A stretch of 64,000 nt of DNA, from positions 76,805 to 140,804 of the forward strand of contig CAZCZB010000002.1 of the NCBI GenBank assembly GCA_964502995.1, read 5' to 3'. Below are positions 35,038 through 46,494 of this stretch, piece by piece (positions within the stretch are counted from its first letter, which is position 1; each line of letters opens with the position of its first letter). A model generated the notes under the pieces. The model was given only the letters and a program-made list of their open reading frames with translations. It did not search any database and was not told the DNA's origin. Both the position numbers and the translations under genes were made by a program. The stretch is from an uncultured Dehalococcoidia bacterium (lineage in GTDB: Bacteria; Chloroflexota; Dehalococcoidia; Lucifugimonadales; UBA3495).

Positions 35038-36236
35038 CCAGGGCCGACGAAACGGCCGATGTGGTGATCGTCGGCGGTGGTGTGATGGGTTGCAGCATCG
35101 CCTGCAACCTGGCGATAACGGCGGACGCCCACGGCCTGCGCCGCATCGTTCTGCTGGAACGTGACACCCTCGGATGCGGTTCCACCGGACGCAGCAGCGG
35201 AGCGGTACGCATGCACTACTCCACGGCGGTCAACGCGGAACTCGCCTGGCGGAGCCTGCAAATCTTCCGAAACTTCGACCGCGTCATCGGCGGCGACTGC
35301 GGATTCGTCGAAACGGGATACCTGGTTTTCGCCGGCCCTGACGACCTGGATTCCTTCCGGTCTAACATCGCAACCCAGCAATCGGTTGGTGTGATCACCG
35401 ACATCATCGGCGCACCCGACGCCGCCGCCCTGGCCCCGGGTTTCGCGGTCGAAGACGCCGCCGCCATCGCCTACGAACCCTATTCCGGGCACGCCGACGC
35501 ATCGGGCACGGCCTACGCCTATGCTACCCGCGCCCGTTCGGAGGGCGTTTCCATCCGCCTGCAAACACCCGCCCGGTCCATTGAGACCAGCCGGGACGGC
35601 AGCAGGGTTGCGGCGGTCATCGCCACTGACGGCACGCGGATCGAGACGCCCAACGCGGTGGTCGCGACGGGCCCATGGTCCGCAGGGTTCCTTGCCGACC
35701 ACGGCATCGACGCGCCGTTGCAGGCGACGCGCCACGAGGTGCTGCACTTCCGTAGGCCTCTGGATCTGGTGCCGCACCATCCCGGCGGTGTGGATATCAC
35801 CAACCGCATCTACTTCCGCCCGGAGGGTACGGACCTTACCCTGGTTGGCAACGGCAACCATTCGGATTTGGTGTACGACCCGGACGTGTTTGCCCAGCGA
35901 GCCAGTCCGGATTTCATTCAGGACGTGTGGCAGCGACTCGCCCGTCGCGTCCCTCCCCTCGCCGACGCTGAACTGGCGGCCGGCTACGCCGGCCTGTACA
36001 CCAACACTCCGGACTCGCACCCCATCATGGATCGCTTCGATGGAATCGATGGCCTGTACCTTTGCACCGGGTTCAGCGGACACGGTTTCAAGCTGTCGCC
36101 CATGGTGGGCGTCCTGATGGCCGAACTCATCGGAAACGGCGCGGCCAGCGCCATGGACATTACACCGCTGCGATTCTCCCGTTTCGCCGAGGGCGATATG
36201 AATAATACCGGTTACGGTTTCGACGTGCTGGTCTGA
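35034..36236 (+). CDS. FAD-dependent oxidoreductase (DAO / sarcosine oxidase beta-like)
   Basis: DVVIVGGGVMGCSIA dinucleotide-binding motif and the C-terminal GFSGHGFKLSP. Confidence 0.9.
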   Translation: MTRADETADVVIVGGGVMGCSIACNLAITADAHGLRRIVLLERDTLGCGSTGRSSGAVRMHYSTAVNAELAWRSLQIFRNFDRVIGGDCGFVETGYLVFAGPDDLDSFRSNIATQQSVGVITDIIGAPDAAALAPGFAVEDAAAIAYEPYSGHADASGTAYAYATRARSEGVSIRLQTPARSIETSRDGSRVAAVIATDGTRIETPNAVVATGPWSAGFLADHGIDAPLQATRHEVLHFRRPLDLVPHHPGGVDITNRIYFRPEGTDLTLVGNGNHSDLVYDPDVFAQRASPDFIQDVWQRLARRVPPLADAELAAGYAGLYTNTPDSHPIMDRFDGIDGLYLCTGFSGHGFKLSPMVGVLMAELIGNGAASAMDITPLRFSRFAEGDMNNTGYGFDVLV

Positions 36237-37180
36237 TGCAACGCCCATCCGGGGATTCAACCAATCCCGCCGTTGAGGTTTCCGGCCTGACCCGGCGGTT
36301 CAGGCGCGTGCTTGCGGTCAACGACGTCGATCTCACTATCCCGTCGGGCGGTGTGTACGGCCTGTTGGGACCCAACGGTTCGGGCAAGACCACCCTGCTC
36401 TCCATGCTGGCCGGGTTCCTGACCCCGACCGCCGGCGACATCAAGCTCCTGGGCCAAACGGGCGCAGCCGGACTGGGTCAGGCCCGCTCGCGGGTCGGCG
36501 CGATGATCGAGCGGCCCATATTCTGGCCGTACCTGTCCTGCCGCGACAACATCAAATGCCTCCACGGATTGTATGGCTGCGGGGACGATGAGGACGAAAT
36601 CCAGCGCCTGCTGGAATTGGTCAATTTGGACGGCGACGCGGCCCGGCGAAAGTTCGGCGCGTGTTCAACGGGCATGAAGCAAAGGCTGGCCATTGCCGCG
36701 ACCCTTATCGGCAATCCCTCGCTTTTGATCCTCGACGAGCCGACCAACGGCCTGGACCCCACGGGCATCGTGGAAGTCCGGGAGTTGATCCGCGACCTGG
36801 CCGGCCCCGGCGAGTCGCGCACGGTGATTCTGGCCAGCCACCTGCTGAACGAGGTTGAGCAGGTTTGCGATCAGGTCGGCGTGATGGCCCGAGGCCGGCT
36901 CATGTATTCCGGCCGGGTTGCGGACATGCTGGGACAGTCGCTGGTGAGGATTCGCACCACCGACGACGCCAAAGCGGCGGAATCGTTGGCAGCCGGCGGA
37001 TGGTCCGTGGAACGGGACGGCAGCGACGGCCTTGACGTGGGAACCTCGCCCGGCTCCGAGTGGGAAGTCAGCCGCGCCCTGGCCGAGGCCGGCATCTATA
37101 TCCATGAGATGCGATCCCTCGGCAGTTCGCTGGAAGCGGGTTTCCTGGAAGTCACCGCTGGTCAGGCGGAACAATCATGA
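36236..37180 (+). CDS. ABC transporter ATP-binding protein (ABC-2/DrrA-like)
   Basis: Walker A GPNGSGKTT, Q-loop, signature STGMKQRL, and Walker B LLILDEPTNGLD. Confidence 0.92.
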   Translation: MQRPSGDSTNPAVEVSGLTRRFRRVLAVNDVDLTIPSGGVYGLLGPNGSGKTTLLSMLAGFLTPTAGDIKLLGQTGAAGLGQARSRVGAMIERPIFWPYLSCRDNIKCLHGLYGCGDDEDEIQRLLELVNLDGDAARRKFGACSTGMKQRLAIAATLIGNPSLLILDEPTNGLDPTGIVEVRELIRDLAGPGESRTVILASHLLNEVEQVCDQVGVMARGRLMYSGRVADMLGQSLVRIRTTDDAKAAESLAAGGWSVERDGSDGLDVGTSPGSEWEVSRALAEAGIYIHEMRSLGSSLEAGFLEVTAGQAEQS

Positions 37181-37974
37181 CTAACGCTGCCGCCAACCTG
37201 ATCCGTTGGGAATGGTTCCGCCTGACACGGAGGGTAGGTTTTTGGGTGTATGTCGGGCTGATGGCCGCCTCCATGGCTGTCATCCTCGGGGGCACGACCG
37301 CGTTCCAAAAGTTGGTTCAGGACTCTCCGCGCATCAGCGCCGCCGGCTATGTGGGATTGACCGGCGACATCCTGTTCACTTTCGGCCCCTTCCTGGCCAT
37401 CATTCTGGCGTCGATACTGTTCGGCGGCGAATTTGGATGGGGCACCTGGCGCGTCATGCTGGCGCGAGGATTGCCGCGCCCCCTGGCGATCATCGCCAAG
37501 CTTCTGCTGGCCGTAGCGATACTCCTGTCCGTTTGGGTGATCGCCTGGTGCCTGTCCGCCGTGGTCGGGTTGATCGCCGGCGACCACGCCCCCGGCGTGG
37601 ATGACCCAGGTTGGGGCGGCGCGACGATCACGCTTCTGGTCGGCCTGGTTGTGGCCTGCGTGTATTTGACCCTGGCCGCGCTGCTTGGCGTGGCGGGAAT
37701 GTCGTCCGCAGTGGCAATCGGGGTGGGCATCGGCATCATTTTCGCCGAGTCCACCGCATATCCGTTGGCCGAACTGGCCGCCGAGTTTTTCCTGGAGTTC
37801 GATTTGCACCGGTTCACCCGGTGGACCCTGTGGGGCGCCGCCCGCGGACTCAAGGGAAGCGACGACCTCAACCCGTTCGTTTTCCTGCCGACGCTGCTGG
37901 CGTACGCTGCGCTGTTCATCGGACTGACGCTCTATGTGTTCAACCGGCGCGACGTGGGCAGCGGCAACGGTTAG
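37177..37974 (+). CDS. ABC-2 type transporter permease
   Basis: Six predicted TM helices, with an ATGA overlap onto the ATPase gene. Confidence 0.8.
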   Translation: MTNAAANLIRWEWFRLTRRVGFWVYVGLMAASMAVILGGTTAFQKLVQDSPRISAAGYVGLTGDILFTFGPFLAIILASILFGGEFGWGTWRVMLARGLPRPLAIIAKLLLAVAILLSVWVIAWCLSAVVGLIAGDHAPGVDDPGWGGATITLLVGLVVACVYLTLAALLGVAGMSSAVAIGVGIGIIFAESTAYPLAELAAEFFLEFDLHRFTRWTLWGAARGLKGSDDLNPFVFLPTLLAYAALFIGLTLYVFNRRDVGSGNG

Positions 37975-38192
37975 ACTCGGTACCGTCCGTTCAATGGGAT
38001 GATGGGTGTACTGGTGGATCAATCGGCTATAATGCCGCCTGACGGAGTGAAAAATCCAACCCCCATCGCATCGGCCTCGACCGGGTTTCGAATTACACCC
38101 CAATCCCAGCGGCCAGCAGGCCGTCCCTGTCCTTTGCCAAAGGCCCACCTCGTCGATTCTCCGCATCCCGGGCCAACCCGGAAGGAACAACA

Positions 38193-39452
38193 ATGACCAC
38201 ATCTCAAATCCCCGCCGGGTCCATCAGCATCAACGCGGCGCGCCTGAATGAACACATGACCGCGTTGGGCCAGATCGGCAACACCGACGAAGGCATGCAG
38301 CGGGTCGCGTTCTCTCCTTATGACGTGGCCGGACGCAACTACGTCATGGAATTGATGCAGCAGGCCGGCATGAGCGTGCGCATCGACGCCGGCGGAAACA
38401 TCATCGGCCGCGTCGAAGGCAGCGGCCTCGGCCTGCCCGCCATCGCCCTCGGATCCCATACCGACACCGTGCCCGCCGGCGGGCAGTACGACGGGGCCCT
38501 GGGAGTGATCGCGGCCATCGAGGTTGTGCAAGCGCTGGCCGACTCCGGGCAGTCCACGCGCCATCCCATCGAAGTGATCGTGTTCACCAACGAGGAGGGC
38601 ACCAGTTTTCACCGCTGGCTGCTGGGCAGCCGCGCGGTGGCCGGCCTGTGGGAACCGGAGGACTTCACCGCCGTCGCGGATGACGGCGCGACGCTGACCT
38701 CCCGTATGCCCGACATCGGCGGCAATGTCTCGCGCATCGACGATGCCCGCCGCCGCCCTGAGGAGTTCACCTGCTACCTGGAATTGCACATCGAACAGGG
38801 CCCCACCATGCACCGGGGCGGTTACCCCATCGGCGTCGTCACCGGCATCACCGGGCGGTCGGTGTACCACATCGACATTGTGGGCGAGGCCAACCACGCC
38901 GGCACCACGCCCATGGGGATGCGCCGCGATGCCATGTCCGCAGCGGCCCAGATCACGCTCAAGGTGCGCAACATCGCCGGCGAAATGGAGATCTGTCGCG
39001 TCGGAACCGTTGGCAGCATGGACGTTCACCCCAATGCCGGCAACGTCATCCCCGGCCGCGTGCAGATGGGTGTGGAGTTTCGCGACGAACGCATGGAATC
39101 GCTGGCGGCCGCCGAGGTTGAACTGCGCCGCACCGCAGAGGAGGTTGCCCACGCCGAACAGGTTGGCATCATAGTGACGGCCCAGCGCAACACGCCGCCG
39201 GTGCCAATCTCGTGGAACATGCAGCAGTTGGTCGCCGATGCGGCCGACGTTACCGGGTTTACTCACATCAGCCTGCCCAGCGGAGCCGGCCACGACGCGC
39301 AGGCCATCGCATCCATCACGCCGGCCGCCATGATTTTCGTGCCCAGCGTCGGCGGGATCAGCCACGCCCCAGCCGAGTTCACCTCGCCGGAGGATTGCGC
39401 CAACGGCGCCCAGGTGCTGCTGAACGCCGTGCTGTTGGCAGACGCCCGGTAA
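38193..39452 (+). CDS. M20-family Zn hydrolase (allantoate amidohydrolase / N-carbamoyl-L-amino-acid hydrolase type)
   Basis: GSHTDTVPAGGQYDGALGV, FTNEEG and EANHAGTTPM.RRDA. Confidence 0.9.
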   Translation: MTTSQIPAGSISINAARLNEHMTALGQIGNTDEGMQRVAFSPYDVAGRNYVMELMQQAGMSVRIDAGGNIIGRVEGSGLGLPAIALGSHTDTVPAGGQYDGALGVIAAIEVVQALADSGQSTRHPIEVIVFTNEEGTSFHRWLLGSRAVAGLWEPEDFTAVADDGATLTSRMPDIGGNVSRIDDARRRPEEFTCYLELHIEQGPTMHRGGYPIGVVTGITGRSVYHIDIVGEANHAGTTPMGMRRDAMSAAAQITLKVRNIAGEMEICRVGTVGSMDVHPNAGNVIPGRVQMGVEFRDERMESLAAAEVELRRTAEEVAHAEQVGIIVTAQRNTPPVPISWNMQQLVADAADVTGFTHISLPSGAGHDAQAIASITPAAMIFVPSVGGISHAPAEFTSPEDCANGAQVLLNAVLLADAR

Positions 39453-39474
39453 CCACTTTTACAATCGAGCGATT

Positions 39475-39909
39475 ATGCAACTTTCCGGCGATTACAGTTT
39501 CTCCAAACCGCCTCAGGTCGTCTGGGATGCTCTCATGGACCCCGACGTGCTGGCAGGCTGCATCCCCGGCTGCCGCAGCCTCGAACCCGACGGGCCCGAC
39601 CGTTATCGCGCGGCGGCCCAGGTGCGCGTTGGCCCGGTGGGTGGCAATTTCACCGCCACGGTGGCGCTGTCCGATATGGTCCCGCCGCATTCGTTCACCA
39701 TGACCGTTGAGGGATCAGGGAACCTGGGTTTCGGCAGCGGCGCTTCCACCATCACTCTGACTCCAGCGAACGACGGCGGCACCATCCTGCACGTCGACGC
39801 CGACTGCCAGGTCGGCGGCGCGGTGGCCCGCGTGGGTCAACGGATGATCGGCTCGGTCGCCAAAAGCATGATGGACCGATTCTTCGGTTGCCTTGCCGAA
39901 TCGGTCTGA
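39475..39909 (+). CDS. SRPBCC-fold CoxG-family protein
   Basis: MQLSGDYSF..PPQVVWDALMDPDVLAGCIPGC... and VGGAVARVGQRMIGSVAKSMMDRFF. Confidence 0.85.
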   Translation: MQLSGDYSFSKPPQVVWDALMDPDVLAGCIPGCRSLEPDGPDRYRAAAQVRVGPVGGNFTATVALSDMVPPHSFTMTVEGSGNLGFGSGASTITLTPANDGGTILHVDADCQVGGAVARVGQRMIGSVAKSMMDRFFGCLAESV

Positions 39910-40019
39910 ATCAGCAACCGGTCCCGACGGAACCCTGTCCCCGGCAGCGCGCCGGAGTTTGGTAACGGCCCCAATCCGTCGGGGCTTTACGCATCAGTTA
40001 TCAGCAGGGAGAGACAAGC

Positions 40020-40697
40020 ATGCCTTTCGTAGATGATATGCGCGCCCGGTACCACCAGCAATGGGAGGCGATGGTCACCCATCCGTTTGTCATGGAAATG
40101 GGCGACGGCAGCCTGGACATCAACAAGTTTCGCAACTACTTCCGGCAGGACTACGTTTTCTGCGAGGACTTGGTCAAGCTCACATCCGTTGCCATCGCCA
40201 AGGCCTCGCCGGATTACGACGCCGGCAAAATCCTCAACGGGTTTTTGACCAACTTCCTGTCCGCCGAGAACGATCTGTTCCTGAACGGCTTCCACGACCT
40301 CGGCGTCACGGCGGAGGAATACCACGCCACCGAGGCCAATCCGGTAACCCAGGCGTTTGGCGATTTCATGGTGCGCACCGCGTGGGAAGGCGACCTCGAT
40401 GATCTGCTGGCCCTGTTTTATGTCACCGAAGGAACCTACCTGGACTGGGCGGAGCGCCTGATCAATTCCGGCGCTCAACCGAACAACGCGGTCTATCAGG
40501 GGTGGATCGATATTCACAGCCCGGCGGTGTTGGGCGACATTGTGGCCTGGTTCACCGTCCGACTCAACGCGGCGGCCGAAAGCGCGAGTCCGGAAAAGCG
40601 CGCCAAACTGGAGCGCATATTCCGCACCACTCTCCGGTATGAGTACCTTTTCTGGGAAGCCAACTACCACGGGCTGGACTGGCACGACCGGAACTGA
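40020..40697 (+). CDS. TenA/THI-4/PqqC-family protein (thiaminase II-like)
   Basis: HPFVMEMGDGSLDINKFRNYFRQDYVF and the C-terminal YEYLFWE. Confidence 0.85.
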   Translation: MPFVDDMRARYHQQWEAMVTHPFVMEMGDGSLDINKFRNYFRQDYVFCEDLVKLTSVAIAKASPDYDAGKILNGFLTNFLSAENDLFLNGFHDLGVTAEEYHATEANPVTQAFGDFMVRTAWEGDLDDLLALFYVTEGTYLDWAERLINSGAQPNNAVYQGWIDIHSPAVLGDIVAWFTVRLNAAAESASPEKRAKLERIFRTTLRYEYLFWEANYHGLDWHDRN

Positions 40698-40708
40698 CGG
40701 GGACGTCA

Positions 40709-40999
40709 ATGAACCTCACGCCAGACATTCCAGATTCCGAACTGAGGCAGCAGGCCAGAGATCGGGTCGCTACCAAACTTTCGTTTTTTGCGCATCTCGC
40801 CGTGTACGTCGCGGTCAATATTCTGTTGGTGGCGATCAACCTGCTGACCGCGCCCGAGCATCTGTGGTTCTACTGGCCCATGCTGGGTTGGGGATTCGGC
40901 GTTGTTGCCCACGGCGCCGGCGTTCTGTTGTATTTCAGGTGGAAATCTCTGGTCGCCGGCATGGAAGAGCGCGAACTGCGGAAGTTGCAGGGAGACTGA
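40709..40999 (+). CDS. 2TM-domain membrane protein
   Basis: FFAHLAVYVAVNILLVAINL...WFYWPMLGWGFGVVAHG is the typical 2TM domain. Confidence 0.7.
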   Translation: MNLTPDIPDSELRQQARDRVATKLSFFAHLAVYVAVNILLVAINLLTAPEHLWFYWPMLGWGFGVVAHGAGVLLYFRWKSLVAGMEERELRKLQGD

Positions 41000-41097
41000 G
41001 CGACCGGCCCGGACCGCAAAATCCCGTCTGCCCTTGCCATTCACCGCGAGCGGTGGCAACCTTGCCCCAAGCGCTACCTGCGCCGGAGGGACAGACG

Positions 41098-42018
41098 ATG
41101 ACAACCCACCAGATTCCCAGCAAGGATGAAGTGCTGGGCTACCTGAAAGACGACGTGAACTGGGGCCGCTGGGGTCCTGATGACCAGAAGGGCGCCGTCA
41201 ACATGGTTGACGACGCCAAGCGACTGCGCGCGGCCGGTCTGGTCAAGAGCGGGCAGGCAATCTCGCTGAGCCGGGAGTTCCCGGTGACTCCCGCGCCCAA
41301 CAACCCGACGCCGGCCATCCACTACATGCGCAAGGGGCCGCGCGAGCCGGGCGGCGGCATGTCCACCGACTACTACGGCGTGTCCTACCACGGCACCGCC
41401 ACCACGCACCTGGACGCGCTGTGCCACGTCTGGGACCACAACGGCATGTGGAACGGCAAGGACCCCAACGAAATGATCCAGTTCGACGGCGCGAAGTACG
41501 GCTCCGTCGAGCACTGGAAGGAAGGCATCATCACGCGGGGCGTGCTGCTGGACGTTCCCCGATACCGCGGCGTCGATTACGTTACGCAGGAAACGCCCGT
41601 CCACGGCTGGGAGTTGCAGGAAATCTGCGACGCCCAGGGCGTGCAGATGGAACCCGGCGACGCTCTGGTCGTGTACAGCGGCCGCGAAAAGTGGAACGCC
41701 GACGGCAACCCCATTTGGGGCAGTGACGCGGCGCTGCGGCCGGGCCTGCACGTCTCCACCCTCAAGTTCATCCGCCAGAGCGATTGCTGCGTCCTGGTGT
41801 GGGACATGATGGACCACACGCCCAACGGCTATGACCTGCCCTGGGCGGTGCATGGCAGCATCTTCGCCTACGGCATCGGCCTGCTGGACAACGCGCTGCT
41901 GCAACCCCTGGCCGAAGCCTGCGCCGAGGCCGGCCGGTGGGAATTCATGCTCACCATCAACCCGCTGCGGGTGGTCGGCGGAACCGGCTCACCGGTGAAC
42001 CCCGTGGCGATTCTGTAA
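41098..42018 (+). CDS. cyclase-family protein (kynurenine formamidase-like fold)
   Basis: NWGRWGPDDQKGAVN and HGTATTHLDALCHVW. The ATG at 41098 is preceded by GGAGGG. The 492-aa track ORF is a 5' extension across two real genes. Confidence 0.88.
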   Translation: MTTHQIPSKDEVLGYLKDDVNWGRWGPDDQKGAVNMVDDAKRLRAAGLVKSGQAISLSREFPVTPAPNNPTPAIHYMRKGPREPGGGMSTDYYGVSYHGTATTHLDALCHVWDHNGMWNGKDPNEMIQFDGAKYGSVEHWKEGIITRGVLLDVPRYRGVDYVTQETPVHGWELQEICDAQGVQMEPGDALVVYSGREKWNADGNPIWGSDAALRPGLHVSTLKFIRQSDCCVLVWDMMDHTPNGYDLPWAVHGSIFAYGIGLLDNALLQPLAEACAEAGRWEFMLTINPLRVVGGTGSPVNPVAIL

Positions 42019-42043
42019 CGCGAGTCCACCCAGCGCAATATGT

Positions 42044-42071
42044 CCGCGACGGGTTTCCCATGCCGTCGCGG
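42044..42071. terminator. bidirectional terminator hairpin
   Basis: CCGCGACGG-10 nt-CCGTCGCGG, followed by GCATTTTATT, between convergent genes. Confidence 0.6.
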
Positions 42072-42076
42072 GCATT

Positions 42077-43282
42077 TTATTGCCCGCGCTTGTCCGACAC
42101 GATCCGTCCCTCCTTGATGACCAGCTGCAACTTTCGCAGGTTGTTTATGTCATCCAGGGGATTCTCGCCCACCACTATCAGGTCAGCCAGTTTGCCGACC
42201 TCTACCGTGCCCAACCGGTCGCCCACTCCGCACAGTTGGGCGGCGTTTCGGGTGGCGGCCTGCAGGGTCTGCCAGGTGGTTGCGCCGTCCCGCACCCACA
42301 GCCCCATTTCCAGTAGCGCAGCGTCTTTCAGCGGGCGTATATCGGATCCCAGCGCCATTTTCGCGCCCGAGTCCAGGGCCCGCTTGAACCAGTGGGCGTG
42401 CTCTCCGGCCGCGGCTTCAGCGCGGCATTGCAGGTCGGCGGCGATGTTGCGCTCAGCCAACCAGCGTCTCTCGTATTCGTTCTGCGCCTGACCTTCAGTG
42501 AGGTGAGAGATCGCCAGCGTGGGCACGTACCACGTGGGCGACTCCGACAGCGTGCCGATGCACTCCTCGTCCATGATGTAGCCGTGCTCGACCGTGTGCG
42601 CCCCCAAACGCAGCGCCCCCTTGACGGAGTCAGGATTGGCGGCATGAGCCATCACGGGGAACTCGCGCTGGCGGCAGATGCCAAACGCCGCGTCAAGTTC
42701 GTCCTCCAGCAGGAACGAGTGCCAGTGGCGGTCCCAGTTCGGCCCCATAATCCCGCCGGTCAGGTTCAGCTTGATGTGGTCCACGCCGTTTTTCATCTGC
42801 TCACGGATTGCCTGCACGAAACCGTATGGGCCGTCGCACTCCCGAGCCTGCCCGGATGTGAGGAAATGGCCGCCCGTGGTGGTCAAAAAATGGCCCGATG
42901 CGAAAACGCGCGGGCCGGGGACGCCGCCGGCATCAAAAACCCGTTTCCAGGCCACGTCCATGAAGTGCGCAGCCCCCCCGCAGCGCACGCCGGTCACTCC
43001 TGCCTCTGTCAGCGCCAACGACAGCGCGCGTCCGAAGTTGGCCGTTTCCTGCGCCGGCGTTGTGCCCGGAGGGACGGGATACTCCGGATGGATGTGTACG
43101 TCCCACAGTCCGGGCAGCAGAAACGCGCCGCGAAGATCCACGGTTTGAGCATTGCCGGTCCGACCCGGCGCGCCCGTTCCTATCTCGATAATATGGCCGT
43201 CTTCGATGACCACGGTGGCATCGTTCACAACCTGGGGATTGACGCTGTCGATCAGGTTTGCATTGGTAAGGACGAGGGACAT
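42077..43282 (-). CDS. amidohydrolase family protein (imidazolonepropionase-like)
   Basis: LIDS...VVIEDGHIIEIG...VDLRGAFLLPGLWDVHIHPE and later HA..D motifs. Confidence 0.88.
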   Translation of the reverse strand: MSLVLTNANLIDSVNPQVVNDATVVIEDGHIIEIGTGAPGRTGNAQTVDLRGAFLLPGLWDVHIHPEYPVPPGTTPAQETANFGRALSLALTEAGVTGVRCGGAAHFMDVAWKRVFDAGGVPGPRVFASGHFLTTTGGHFLTSGQARECDGPYGFVQAIREQMKNGVDHIKLNLTGGIMGPNWDRHWHSFLLEDELDAAFGICRQREFPVMAHAANPDSVKGALRLGAHTVEHGYIMDEECIGTLSESPTWYVPTLAISHLTEGQAQNEYERRWLAERNIAADLQCRAEAAAGEHAHWFKRALDSGAKMALGSDIRPLKDAALLEMGLWVRDGATTWQTLQAATRNAAQLCGVGDRLGTVEVGKLADLIVVGENPLDDINNLRKLQLVIKEGRIVSDKRGQ

Positions 43283-43501
43283 TCGTGAGCGCCTCCGGTG
43301 GATGAATGCGGGACGTCCCGCTACGATTCGTGCGCAGCATTATACCGATGTGCTCCCGGTCAGCGGCGCCAGGGAACGGAAGACCCACCGAATAGTTGGC
43401 TTGCAAACAACGTTGGTATGCTCTTGAGCCGGATTGCCCGGCGTGTGGCACGGGCCCGGTTGTCCAACCTGCTTCTTCGTTCTTTCGGTTGCTTGCCTAG
43501 T

Positions 43502-43530
43502 TTGCTGCCGTATAGGGCCTGTGCTATACT
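43502..43530 (+). promoter_or_regulatory. putative rpsB promoter with extended -10 (TTGCTG-17 nt-TGcTATACT)
   Basis: TTGCTG at 43502-43507 and TG at 43522-43523, with TATACT at 43525-43530, about 44 nt upstream of the rpsB ATG. Confidence 0.45.
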
Positions 43531-43573
43531 CTCGACGACCAAACTACAACCCGGAAATCAGGCAGGACTGTAT

Positions 43574-44452
43574 ATGGTACAAGCCCCGGAACAGGCAACA
43601 ACACCGACGGCCGAACAGGCGCCCGCCCTGGAGCCGATCACGATGAAGTCGCTGCTGGAAGCAGGCGTACACTTCGGGCATCAGACCCGCCGGTGGAACC
43701 CGCGAATGCGGCGATATATATTCACCCAGCGCAACGGGATCCACATCATCGACCTCCAGCAGACGATGGGGCTGATCGGTGACGCCTACCGGGCGATGGT
43801 TGAAGTGGCGGCCGCCGGCGGCAAGGTCCTCTTCGTGGGCACCAAGAAGCAGGCACAGGACGTCATTGCGTCCGAGGCCGAACGCACCGGCCAGTGGTAC
43901 GTGAACCAAAGGTGGTTGGGCGGCACCCTCACCAACTTCCAGACCATCAAGGCCCGCATCGATTACATGAAGCGGTTGCAGGAACAGCGGGACACCGGCT
44001 ATCTCGCCCGTCTTCCGAAAAAGGAAACGGTGCGGCTGACCCACACGCTGGACAAGCTGGAGAAATACTTCACCGGACTGCGTAACATGGACCGGCTCCC
44101 GTCAGCGCTGTTCGTGATCGACATTGGCAAGGAAGACATCTGCATCGCCGAGGCTCGCCGCCTCAACATCCCGATCTTCGCCATCGTCGACACCGACTGC
44201 GACCCTGGACAGGTGACACACGCCGTCCCTGGCAACGACGACGCCGTCCGTTCCATCCGACTGATCACCGGGCGCATGGCCTCCGCTATCGAAGAAGGCC
44301 TGGCCCAACGCGAAGCCCTGATGCACGCCGCAACCGAACCGTCGGAACAGCCCGAGGGTGACGACCAGAGCGTCGAAGATCAGGCCCGCTTCTCGCAAAC
44401 TCTCACCCTTGAAGAGCTGGGCAACATGATGTCCGCCCGACCGTTGGAATAA
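43574..44452 (+). CDS. rpsB: 30S ribosomal protein S2
   Basis: [33 protein letters not shown]. The ATG at 43574 is preferred and the ATG at 43643 (MKSLLEAG) is possible. It has an acidic C-terminal extension. Confidence 0.95.
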   Translation: MVQAPEQATTPTAEQAPALEPITMKSLLEAGVHFGHQTRRWNPRMRRYIFTQRNGIHIIDLQQTMGLIGDAYRAMVEVAAAGGKVLFVGTKKQAQDVIASEAERTGQWYVNQRWLGGTLTNFQTIKARIDYMKRLQEQRDTGYLARLPKKETVRLTHTLDKLEKYFTGLRNMDRLPSALFVIDIGKEDICIAEARRLNIPIFAIVDTDCDPGQVTHAVPGNDDAVRSIRLITGRMASAIEEGLAQREALMHAATEPSEQPEGDDQSVEDQARFSQTLTLEELGNMMSARPLE

Positions 44453-44519
44453 CCGCCGGCCCGGTCGTCCTTTTCCCGTTACATCCACCACAAGATCATT
44501 CTCCCAGGAGGCTCACACC

Positions 44520-46460
<1,941 letters not shown>

Positions 46461-46494
46461 CCGGGCCTCCTTTCCGACGCCTCTCAACTCAACG

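Noticed and set aside
34992-36260. 422-aa minus-strand ORF.
   Set aside because: It is antisense to the FAD oxidoreductase, which has a clean GxGxxG motif. It is a shadow ORF.
38080-38100. GGGTTTCGAATTAC, reminiscent of a tRNA T-loop.
   Set aside because: The flanking bases do not form a T-stem, and no acceptor or anticodon arms can be drawn. It is not a tRNA.
38019-39365. 448-aa minus-strand ORF.
   Set aside because: It is antisense to the M20 hydrolase gene, has Gly/Ala/Asp/His-rich low-complexity composition, and I recognised no domain.
40540-41097. 5' extension of the cyclase ORF (492-aa version).
   Set aside because: It reads through the 3' end of the TenA gene and the whole 2TM gene in another frame. 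The family similarity begins at the ATG at 41098 with a GGAGGG RBS.
43298-43573. 5' extension of rpsB (384-aa version).
   Set aside because: It lies upstream of a plausible promoter (43502-43530), and S2 similarity begins only after the ATG at 43574.
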